From Balanoglossus misakiensis (Eukaryota > Animalia > Hemichordata): a stretch of 64,000 nt of DNA. Made by a program: the position numbers and the translations under genes. The notes under the pieces are model-generated. The model was not told the origin of the DNA, did not search any database, and saw only the letters and a list, made by a program, of their open reading frames with translations. This document shows, one piece after another, positions 1-11,306 of the stretch. Every line of letters begins with the position of its first letter. Positions within the stretch are counted from its first letter, which is position 1. The stretch is from NCBI GenBank assembly GCA_040954595.2, contig CM082577.2, positions 1,612,001 to 1,676,000 on the forward strand. Reading direction: 5' to 3'.

Positions 1-79
1 GAAAAGAACCGTGTTTAGGCCCATTAGTATATCCCTCTCTCTTTCTGATAGGTCACTAGGTGATGAACAAGTTTCTCAC

Positions 80-331
80 CTGTATGACAGAACCTACAGA
101 CGTGTTGCCCAGAACTGCCATCTGCCCTGCATATATTCGGTCAGCTCCTAGTTCACCTGCATGATCCACTCGTATAAACCTGTCAATCATATCTTTGGCT
201 TCTTCGTCAGTATTTTCTGAGCCGAAGCATCTGTCAGGAGTTAGTCTCTGACTTCCACCATGGTTGACATGTAATCTATTTCTCACATGCCTACACAGCA
301 TTGACGGTGTTCCATACAGCAGTCTCGCCAT
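80..331 (-). CDS. COQ7: 5-demethoxyubiquinone hydroxylase (COQ7/clk-1), first coding exon; the gene continues beyond the left edge
   Basis: Translation MARLLYG...DMIDRFIRVDHAGELGADRIYAGQMAVLG contains the COQ7 signature RVDHAGE.GA.RIY.GQ.AVL after an Arg-rich, transit-peptide-like N-terminus. The 252-nt exon ends at CAG|gtgag (donor at 79-78). Confidence 0.95.
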
Positions 332-903
332 TGTGATTTCAGTATTATTTTATTATTTGTTGGACAATATGGGCCGTATGGGATTCCTAACCACAGTTTG
401 AGTTACAAATCCTTTTCCCCGCTGGGGGCGCCAGTCAACAAATTCCTAGTACCCTTCAAAATTAATCCCTTGACCCAAAATTTGAGTGATCGGAGTGAAT
501 CTCTTCAACGTTCTCTATCTTTTTGATCGTCGGTACCAGCTGAAAGTAAATGTAAAATATTGTGAACATAGTTATGACTTCAACTTTACGCACGTTAAAA
601 AAAATGTTTCGAACCACCCGCCCTCGTGTATTTATGCGTGAAAGAGAAAGCCGACTGCCCCGGAGAATTCCAATGCAACTACACCATCTGACAAAACAAT
701 CATGGCCATACCGTTAACACAGCAGTGTCAGCCGAGTAGGAGTACCGGTTAACACGCGAGCAGCTCAGGTCAGCTCAGTGCTGTTTTCATAAGTTTGTCA
801 TCATGGACGCAGCCATATTGGAAATCCGCATTGAATGATGGGAACTGGCGTTACTTACATTTATGCGCTTTGACATTGGTTCCTCAAACGCTAGCTGTTT
901 GTA
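332..903. promoter_or_regulatory. Putative bidirectional promoter shared by COQ7 and HAP40
   Basis: The start codons diverge about 570 bp apart (331 on -, 904 on +). The interval is visibly CpG-rich compared with the HAP40 gene body, and there is a CTCF-like motif at 418-433. Confidence 0.65.
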
Positions 904-3900
904 ATGGAGAGGGACGTAGATTTCCTTGGCAGATACCGTGCAGTTTCGAGCAAATTGAAAAAGTAAGTACATTTCCTGTTCTCTGACGGCTCATCCATTA
1001 AAAATGTGTTTTAATGTACCCCCACTGCCCCAGTCCCTTCGCACCCATCATCCTGCAAAATCATATATCCGGGGGAGGGGCCACGGTTAAAATCGTTTTA
1101 CGTGCCGGTGATTTTTGACCTCCAAAAGTTGTAGAGAATCAGTGAAAGAACTAGAACTAGAATAACTTTCAACACCATGAACCCAGTATATGTTGCTACA
1201 ATATTTGAATGTACTACTGCTATTAACATGTTGTTACTTCTCGCTTTGTGTTACTAGGAGATTTCTGAGGAAGCCAAATGTAGCTGAAGCTAGTGGACAG
1301 TTCGGTGAGTTCAAGTTCACTGTTTTCTCAACACACCAGCATGAAGAAAATATCTTTACATCCCAGGCTTTTGCAAATGAAAATGGCCCATTCTCAGCCA
1401 TTGGATATTCAAAATGGCTAGTGGTTTTGTAACAGTATTTGTGCTCTCTCCAATGAGATCATTCTTTGTACTCTCATTAGGCACATTAGCCAGAACACTA
1501 GAAAATCAAGAGTGTGCACAGTATGCTGGTCTATGCTGTTTGGCCCAAGCAAGGTTTGTACAACACAGCTTGGAATTAACTTTGAAACCAATGCCTTGAT
1601 AACCTCACAAATTACATTATAGCCTCTGAGGGCACACATTGAGGAGTTAGATTGGCAGACGCTGTTCTTACTTTGTAGTAACACAAGGTATCAAGAAACT
1701 GATCAAACCATAGACTCTGGGCACAGAGTCTATGATCCCGCTTAACTAAGGCCAAGGGGGGATCTCTATAAGCTGTAATCTGTTGTGATTTCACATGTCA
1801 ATTCCAGATGTGAGCAGACGTTGGCCAACTACCCTGGAGAGGCGCACGCCATCACAGAGGCAGCACGGTTGTTCATACAAGCATCAGAAGCCGACAGGTC
1901 ACTGCAGTGTACGCACTTTGATGAACATCTCAATGCGGCCATCAACTGCTACAACCACGCTATAAGGGTACGTGCACATAGCCCCAGTGGCCTCAATCAC
2001 ACTGTATAATTCTTCATTTAAGCTCCACCCATAATTAGGCACCATACAGACCTGATTTTGCTACATTTTACCCATTGACAAGTGGCAGCAAAGACTTGAA
2101 AGTCTTTGCAACACACTGTCAATGAAGAACAGCACTGCCAGTAAAAGTGTATTTTTGAATTTAAATACTATTTTTGTAACAGATATTAACCGAACAGAAA
2201 CAGCCAGCGTTGGCAGCAACACTGAGTTTACAATTGGCAAACTACATGAGGGTAAGTGTTAAACGTTATTTCCCTAGGGAAATGGATTACAGGAACAGTT
2301 TTGACCAGGTGAAGCTAAATGCCAGTTCAGTTCGGAATTCAGTGAACATATAACACCAGTATTTGTATGTGTGTGAATTTTCTTGCAGGGAATTGGTAAG
2401 GCGGGCGAAGCAATGGGTCATTATCAACGTGCTGCTGAACTGCAGTTTCAGGTAAATTTGTGCACAGGGGGAACTAGCCTAGTAACTATAGGTACTTTAT
2501 TCGCATGAGGAGAAATTGGACGAAAACCACTGACATAGTTAGACACTGCATTGCAAGCCACCTCTTGTAACAGTTTGCCGTAACGGTCCAGTTTCAGTCT
2601 CGCCTTGTTTGACAGACAAAGCTAGTTGTACCTGGATCATTTTGTGTACAGGTTGCAGCACACCACTTTTAGTGACTTCCCCCATCCTTTGTAGGCCACT
2701 TTCATTTAAAAATAATAATTATGATCATCGTCTCTTTCTCTTCCCAGCATCCTCTTGACTGTTTGACATCTCTGGGTCATGTCTCTTCTTGCAAAATAGA
2801 AACACGTGAGTATAACTTTTGACTTATTAAAAATTGGATGAATGCACATTGCTTTAACAAATAGGATCCAGGTATACCAAAATAGCAGATGTGTGAAGTA
2901 TTTGTATACAGAACTAAAATGATCATTTTCATGTCAAGCAGATTTCTAGTTAATCTATAGCTAGTGGTACCTGCCTTTTGTATTGCAGGTGACTATGAGG
3001 GCGCTCTTACAGTGCTGACAGAGATGGAGTACTTGGCCAAAGAACGAGGCCTGTCTCCCAATAGCTCCCACTTAATGGGGGCCTTCACTGATATCGTCGC
3101 TGATTGTGAGAAGACGAGGGTCCTCCTTTTAATGCTTCTTCAAGTGAGTCGTTTTGATTTCAGTTTTGAGAATAACAATTGTTTAGTGTGTATGTTTCTA
3201 GCTGCACTATTTATTCACGCTGCTTTTCCAGGTAGATAACAATCCAATTTGTTTTCTGTTTACAGCCAACGCCACAAAGAATTCGACCGGAGCATGCACA
3301 GACATTGGAGAGATATGCCTGGGAATGTACAGAAGATAGCGATGCAGGTACATGTACGTGTGTGTGTGTGGGGGGGGGGGGGGTGAACAGCGCCACCAGT
3401 GTCAATAAATCGATACAGAGCAATACCGTAATGGTCAATGGCCTCCCCTCAAGGGCAGCATTCACTGTGAACAGCGCCATGTATGGGTGTGGTCTTCAAC
3501 CATCTTCATGTGTTTCTGAATACATGCTCACATCATAGACAATATTAATTGTAGACTGTCTTTGATTTGCGGAGTGGTGATTACTTAAATAGCGTTTTTT
3601 GTTGATTAGAAATCTTTGCCATATACTTTTCTTTAGAATGCCATCACCCCCCCCCCCCTCCCTCCAATACTAAACTAATGCATTTTGTGTTTTGCTTCAG
3701 CCACAAGTTGCCTGAGTGAGGAGATGTTTCTTCTGCTTCAGTCCTTAGTGGTAAGTTTTTTTCACCAAGACTGTTCACTCCAACCTGATTGAAACTAGCA
3801 TTTTGACTTCACCAGCTGCGTCCACTCCAGAAAATTACAAACTACAAGTTGTTCTATACAAATACTGTACTACAACATCCAGACTACTCCAGATCGGTTC

Positions 3901-4405
3901 AAGGACTGGTACCCCTCCCCCTCCCCCTCCCTTGGCTGGTTACTCACATAATGCTTTTTGACCTCAAAAGCACCTCGAAGTCCTCTGAACATAGAGTTCA
4001 AATTCACAATATAGTATTTTTTTTTTCTCTCGACAGATGGCTTGTCAATCTAAAGATGTAGAATCACTGAAAATGCTACAGACAGATTTGTGGTAAGTTT
4101 TCTGTGCCACTTGTTTCAGGCACCTTTCAACCCTACCATGTAAAAGTGACCTGTATCAACTGCCTGAAACAATGGGATAAACCAAAATAGAGAAAGGGGT
4201 GACCCGCACCCTGCATGTCAAGTCAATGTAATCACTTCCTGTTATTTGAGCACTTGAAAAAAGTCCACTGTTCACACTGCTCCTGATTAAACACAGAACT
4301 CTAACCTTTGACCTTTCTTTCAGGCCGCACTTGTCAGCTGAGCAAAACCACCTTCTCCACCTGGTCATCAGCGAGCTGGTTAACCCATCGGGAGAAGGTG
4401 TTTGA
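904..4405 (+). CDS. F8A1: 40-kDa huntingtin-associated protein (HAP40 / factor VIII intron 22 protein), 12 exons, about 317 aa
   Basis: Exons 904-962, 1258-1304, 1481-1553, 1808-1967, 2183-2251, 2389-2451, 2748-2805, 2989-3143, 3266-3347, 3701-3750, 4037-4092, 4324-4405; all GT-AG, 954 nt in frame. The translation carries HAP40 motifs [98 protein letters not shown] and C-terminal PSGEGV*. Confidence 0.95.
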
Positions 4406-5558
4406 GGGCAGTGTTCGCCACCATCTTCACCGACATGCCAAATTGCGTCATCAGTGTATTGCTTCTTTGAAAGTGGAGATAATTGTTTCCAACCCTCCAG
4501 TGCATGGTTGGCAACAATATGAAATCGGTTCAAACCTCTGATCGTGTACTGCTTGATGTCAAGATCCTTGTTTGATAAAAACCATGACAGTCATACCAGT
4601 GTGTAGTGCGTGACTGTACATTGTACTTGTAAGCAAATCCCACCCCTATATTAGTGGCAGTGTACAAATGTTGTTACTAAGTTTATATGAACTGTCTGTG
4701 AATATGTTCCACTGCCATCTCAGGATGCAAACATATGTATTTTAAGCCCTGTCATTCCTGTTGAATTCACCTGCACATTTGAGAGCATCATTGTCCATAC
4801 TGCAAACATGAGAAAATTTGCTGAGATGAATTCTCTAAGTTATGTTCAGATTACATGTACGTTTCACTTGAATTGTGTTATTAATAGAATGGGTAATAAA
4901 ATGTTAAAATCAGAATCGGCCAATATTGGCTGTAATATCAAAAAACATGAATTTTTGTCAGATTATTATCCCCATTTGAAGAAGGACCTCCTATAACAGG
5001 AAATACAATGGGAATATTTCACAAAGAAGTACACTGTAAATCAACTCTTGTGACTTTTAAAATTGGAAAAGGCTGCTGAACGTCTAACATGTTTGAGCCC
5101 GCTGCCACACACAAAAAAGTCATCCAGAAAATGCTTAATGTGGACTAGTGTGACCTGATACATACTCTTTTTATTTTTAAGCTATATAGTTAATAAATCT
5201 TATTTTGAGACAGCCGAGGTATTTTAAACTTATCCATTGTTTCTGTTCTGCAGACCTTTCACATAAATTCTATGATGCAAATTAAGGTAGTGGTCTTCTC
5301 GCAATTTAGAATTTTGTCACTTTCCTAATGTTTATACATTTTGTATATTAGTGAATTTTAAGTACTAATTTGGTCCTAAAAACAACCCTTTCATTGCTTA
5401 TTCACGTCTTTTTAGTTTATGACCTTCCATTTGTTAAACATGGCAAAAATCGGCCATCTTGGATTTGTGTCTACCACGAGAATTTCATCACTCGCCTAGG
5501 TAGCAAAAAAACTATTGTATTTAAGGTCGCGAGAATTGCTGCCGTCGAATGTTTAGAG

Positions 5559-7410
5559 ATGGAAGGAAAAGTGGCAATCGTCACTGGAGGGGCTGAAGGA
5601 ATTGGGAGAGCCCTGGCGGAGAAATTTCTTCAAGAAAGGGCGAAGGTAAGTTCACGTGATCAAACACGGTTTTCATTATCATTACATGTATATGAAAATC
5701 ATTATCGTAATTTAAAAAAAAAAAAACCTCGCGATAATTGTCGAATTAAACTGTAATTGTTGGTCTCCTAACAGGGAGTAGCTGTCCTGGATTTTAACAA
5801 AGAGCAGGGGGAAGACACGGTGAAATGTCTGAAAGATGAATATGGTGACGGGAAGGTTGTGTTCATCCACTGTGATGTGACGTCTGAATCTGACATGAAA
5901 GGTAACAAATGCACATCGCAGATGATTATATGATATTATAAAGAAAACATTATGTACCTCATCGTTCTGTATTGTTTTAGTTTCCAAGTCGCAATGAGAG
6001 CAATTCCAGTGCTTCGAAGATCATATGCAGTCTATCTATCATCTTACGTTTGACATCCCACGTCTCAATCTAGGTGCATTTGCAGAAGTGAAGAAGACAT
6101 TTGGATGTTTACACGTTGTGTGTAACAATGCTGGAATCGCGAATGAATTAGACTGGGACAAAATGGTGGACACGAACCTGGTAGGATTCTTAATAAAAAA
6201 GACGGAGTCATGCAAAAGTTGCATCAAACTAAATGCAAAAATCTTTCTGTGATGCGTCTGATAAATCACACAACTGTCCCTTTACAATATTTCGAGTACA
6301 TGTATTTTACTTTTACTGAGTTTCATCGTCTTGTGACCCCAACATTTTATTCTCATCCAAATTTGCCTGGAGCGATATATGTGAGAAAGATTAAAATTTA
6401 TCTCCACATTAAAACTCTTCCTTTCCCAGAAAGGGGTCATCAGGGGGACCTATCTGGCCGTGGAATACATGGGAACCAAACATGGCGGAGAGGGCGGGAT
6501 AGTTGTTAACACGGCATCCGTTCACGGTAGGCGAAAACTTGTGAAATATGCACTGTTCTCTCACCACAATAAAAAAATCCATAAGAAACGTGTGCAGTGG
6601 TATGAAGTCATTGGTACAATACGTACATGAGTTTTGTTGATCGTTTCAGGTTATCTCGTAAATTCATATACACCAGTTTATGGAGCTTGTAAGCATGGCG
6701 TTGTTGCCCTGACTAGAAATACTGCTGTAAGTACGAACATTCGACTGCTTTCTCAAACCACTGGTCTTACAGTTTTAATATTTAATTATTTAAGTCTGCT
6801 TTTCCAGTACATTTTGGGTTGTGGCTCCAACAACACAAGATCAAGCCATCATTTTAAAATATGCAAACAGTCATCTGCCAGTTGTTCTTTCAAATGTTAC
6901 TGCGCGAAAGTATCCATATTTTAAGATCAAAACTCGAGAGGACAGTTAGTGCACCTGTGGATAATTGCTCATCTTGTGTGCGTGTGTTCGTGCATTGAGA
7001 TCCAAAAAATTCCAAATTTAAAAAGTGAGGCATTTGCGTTGCTTATCATGAACAGGGGGAGCTGATATTTGTAGACAACAAAGTCCGGGTGGCGGCGATT
7101 TGTCCGGGCAAGGTTATAACCTCTCTGGCAGAGAAGGTTGCTTCTCGGTACACAGATAATTTCATCGAGAGTGAAGACCAAGTTGACGAAGTACCGTAAG
7201 TACAACGATTCCTTTGGACTCATTTACATGCGCACATTTTGTGTATTTGACGATATCACAAAAAAATTGCACTATTTTTTGTACAGAATGTCGCATGTCA
7301 CCGATACGGTCATGAAACTTGTCAGAGAACCTGACAAGATGAATGGCGTGGTTTGTGCGGTGCTTCCAGATGATCCCATGAAGATAATAACACTGGCAGA
7401 TAACCAGTAA
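5559..7410 (+). CDS. HPGD: 15-hydroxyprostaglandin dehydrogenase-like classical SDR, copy 1 (7 exons, 252 aa)
   Basis: Exons 5559-5645, 5775-5901, 6074-6180, 6430-6526, 6650-6726, 7056-7195, 7287-7410 (759 nt). Motifs: TGGAEGIG (Rossmann), Asp after beta2 (VLDFN, NAD-type), CDV, NNAG, GGEGGIVVNTAS, YGACK (YxxxK), ICPG. This is an HPGD-family member; orthology to vertebrate HPGD is not established. Confidence 0.9.
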
Positions 7411-8170
7411 TTAATGCTATGTGATAGGGATGCGACGGTAAAGCAAAATGCGACAAAATGACACACGAACTTCGAATCGCCATTTTACAATTGCCATGGA
7501 TGTGTACCAATCCGGCATTTTTTGAGAAGAGCCCACTGTGTAAAGCATATTTTATTATATTAAACAATTCTCCAAAACCATTTTTTCCTAAGCTCACTTT
7601 GTTTTCTATTTACATTGATCTGATATACATGTAATACGATAAATAGGAACTGTTCAATTCTGGCAAGTGGAAGAGATCAAGTCTGCGCGTGACAGTCGGT
7701 CGTAACCGAGGCAACGTATAGTTAATGAACGTCGGAGATATATTTCGCGCGCTCCCCTAAAATATTATCTCTATTGGGGAAATATGGCACTAATAATACG
7801 GGATTTTAAAATTGGAAAGGGCTACTAACGAACGTTTAACATTTTTTAGTCTGCTGCCATACAAAAAGGGTCGCACATGAAATGATTCGCGCGCAGATCT
7901 ATAAATGATACGTTTATATATATACTAGCATGACCCGATGCAAATGTCATTTATAATTTTATTTTGGGAGCAGATGATTATTTTATTCCTATTCATTGAT
8001 TCAAACGACCCCCTCAGTTCTCAAACCATACTGGTGTCAGGTGCAAAAGGCAGTTTTCATTTGGCGGTGAGGGCGTGACCTCTTGCATCCTATGCACGGT
8101 CATATATTAAAAGCGGTCAACCGAACTGCATTGCTGGCGCAGGTCATAGTTGCTGACGACCGTTTTAGAG

Positions 8171-10567
8171 ATGGAAGGAAAAGTGGCACTAGTCACTGGA
8201 GGGGCTGAAGGAATTGGAAGAGCCCTAGTGGAGAAATTTCTTCAAGAAAGGGCCAAGGTAAGCTCACGTGATCAAAACCGGTTTTCATTATCATTATATG
8301 AATGCCATTATCGTCATTCAAAAAGACAATTGGCAACCTCCAGTGTGTCATGCAGCTGCACTACACGACACACTCGTGAACTATAACGACGGACAATCAA
8401 CAGTGACTCGAAAAAATGAAGACGTGTTAAAATTAAACAAAAAATCTCACCGTGACACAAATACCTTAACCTTTGCCTCCTTGGCCCTGTCACGCAGAGC
8501 CATTAACAGTCTGATTAATACGCCCCCTGGAGTACAACAACATAACACGTACAGCACGAGTAGTGATCGTGGTCACCTATACAAAGTTAGCCACAGTTTA
8601 CCATATCAAATAAAAATCTAGCCAATCACAATTTTCAGGGGTGTTACACGTGAAAAAAGCAAACGAAAAGGCAAAGTAGACCGCTGTTATCTTCAACATG
8701 TAATTTCAATTCTATTCACTTTTTAATTTATAGACATCCATATGTTGAAAACTAAAACAAATAGGTCACACGTGGCCGAATTTAATCGTCATCGTTTTTC
8801 CCCGAACAGGGAGTAGCTGTACTGGATTTTAACAAAGAGAAAGGGGAAGACACAGTGAAGTGTCTGAAAGATGAATATGGTGACGGGAAGGTTGTGTTCA
8901 TTCACTGTGATGTGACATCTGAATCTGACATGAAAGGTAAGGGTGCAAAACCACCAGTCCCTCAAGAAAGGGAGGGACTGTGTCGAAACCCAATAGAGAA
9001 ACTCACCCAAGGCAAACAAACTTAGAGAAATGTAACGTGCTTCTGAGATCACATCCATGCAGTTTATTTAACACATTACGTTTGACATCCCATGTCTCAA
9101 TGTAGGAGCATTTGCAGAAGTGAAGAAGACATTTGGATGTTTACACGTTGTGTGTAACAATGCTGGAATCACGGATGAATTAAACTGGGACAAAATGGTG
9201 GAGACGAACCTGGTAGGATTCTTAACATCTCATTTACTGGTCAAGTACTCAAATGCGACAAATGCATAAAGTTCTAATAATTCCAACATCACCGGGGGGG
9301 GGGGGCAAAAACTGTGTCTTGATGCTATCATGCATTGAAGATTCTAATTCTGAACATTTCTTGCATTAAAACTCTTCCTTTCACAGAAAGGCGTCATCAG
9401 GGGGACCTATCTGGCCGTGGAATACATGGGAACCAAACATGGCGGAGAGGGCGGGATAGTTGTCAACACGGCATCCATTTTCGGTAAGGCTCATGTTGTC
9501 ACCACAATAAAAATTCGCAGGAAACGCACTGTACAGTGGCATGCAGTCCATTAAGCTCAGTTACTGCAAAACACGCCATTTGTAAAACTACAGACTGTCG
9601 ATATCCAGAAAACTCAACTATGCATCGTTAGTGTGCTAAAAGACACTACACACAAGATTGCACACTTCTATTTCTGTGTTAAGTTCAGCCTAAATCATCG
9701 GTTTATAATTGCGTTTAAAAAAATGTTGATCGTTTCAGGTTATGATGTAACTCCATATGTACCAATTTATGGAGCTTGTAAGCATGGCGTTGTTGCCCTG
9801 ACTAGAAATACTGCTGTGAGTACGATCTACGCAAATTAGTCTATCGTATTTCAAATCCCATTCTCGCGAGTCGGAGCTGTTGCCGTAAATAATATTGCAA
9901 AGTATAAAAACAATCCCTACCTACCTTATTTTTGAAAACCGTGTAATCGGAACAGCATATATTATTTTTTCGGCCTTATAAACAGGGGGAGCCGATGTTT
10001 GTGGACAACAAAGTTCGTGTGGCAGCGATTTGTCCAGGCCGGGTTTTAACCTCCCTGCAAGACAAGATTACTTTTCGGTACCCAGATAAATTCCCCGAAG
10101 TCCGTTCCCAACTTGGCGAAGTACCGTAAGTAGTGCAATTGCTTTTGGACTCATTTGCATGTGCATATCATTAAAGGGACATTAACTATAACTTTTATCT
10201 TTAAATCAAGAATCTGCAGTAGGTACACACACAAAAATACTGAAGTCATAGCAAGAGGTTGCAACTAATGGATCTTGAAACAATAAAGAATAAGCGTAAG
10301 AACAAGGGACAACACTGAAAAGGCATTTGGTATTAAAACCAACAAAGCCAAAGCAAGAATCTGGAAGATTTCTTTTTGCGTATAGACGACATTGATTTTT
10401 GCACTTTAAAGTGTATTATTTGTGCTCTGTTTTGGTTTTCTAGAATATCGTTTGTCGCCGATACGGCCATGAAACTGGTCAGAGAACCTGACAAGATGAA
10501 TGGCGTGATTTGTGCAGTGCTTCCAGATGATCCGATGAAGATAATAACACTTGCAGATAACCAGTAA
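8171..10567 (+). CDS. HPGD: HPGD-like classical SDR, copy 2 (7 exons, 252 aa)
   Basis: Exons 8171-8257, 8810-8936, 9106-9212, 9387-9483, 9739-9815, 9986-10125, 10444-10567. Exon lengths are identical to copy 1, the frame is intact, and TGGAEGIG, NNAG and YGACK are retained. Confidence 0.9.
9868..9978 (-). mobile_element. Probable partial MITE end in SDR intron 5 (second copy about 13227-13337)
   Basis: The segment ...ccctacctaccttatttttgaaaaccgtgtaatcggaacagcata...ttttttcggcctta is present in copies 2 and 3 and absent from copy 1. It ends in TA/TTA like a non-autonomous DNA-transposon terminus. Family not verified. Confidence 0.4.
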
Positions 10568-11306
10568 TTAATGCTATGTGATAGGGATGCGACGGTAAAG
10601 CAAAATGGGACAAAATGACACACGAACTTTGAATCGCCATTTTACAATTGCCATGGATGTGTACCAATCCGGCATTTTCTGAGAAGAGCCCACTGTGTAA
10701 AGCATATTTTATTATATTAAACAATTCTCCAAAACCATTTTTTCCTAAAGCTCACTTTGTTTTCTATTATTGATCTGATATACATGTAATAGGATAAATA
10801 GGAACTGTTCAATTCTGGCAAGTGGAAGAGATCAAGTCTGCGCATGACAGTCGGTCGTAACCGAGGCAACGCATACTTGGTGAACGTCGGAGATATCTTT
10901 CGTGCGCTCCCCTAAAATAGTATCTCTACTAGGAAAAAGGGCCTCATGTGGCACTAAAAATACGGGATTTTAAAATAGGAAAGGACTACTAACGAACGTT
11001 TATCAGTTTTTTAGTCATCCCAGAAAATGATTCGCGCGCAGATCTATCAATGCTACGTTTACTAGCATGACCCGATGCAAATGTCATTTATAATTTTATT
11101 TTGGGAGCAGATGATATATTTTATTCCTATTCATTGATTCACTTAAACGACCCCTTCAGTTCTCAAACCATACTGGCGTCAGGTGCAAAAGGCAGTTTTC
11201 ATTTGGCGGTGAGGGCGTGACCTCTTGCATGTTATGCACGGTCATCAAGCGGTCAACCGAACTGCATTGCTGGCGCAGGTCATAGTTGCTGACGACCGTT
11301 TTAGAG

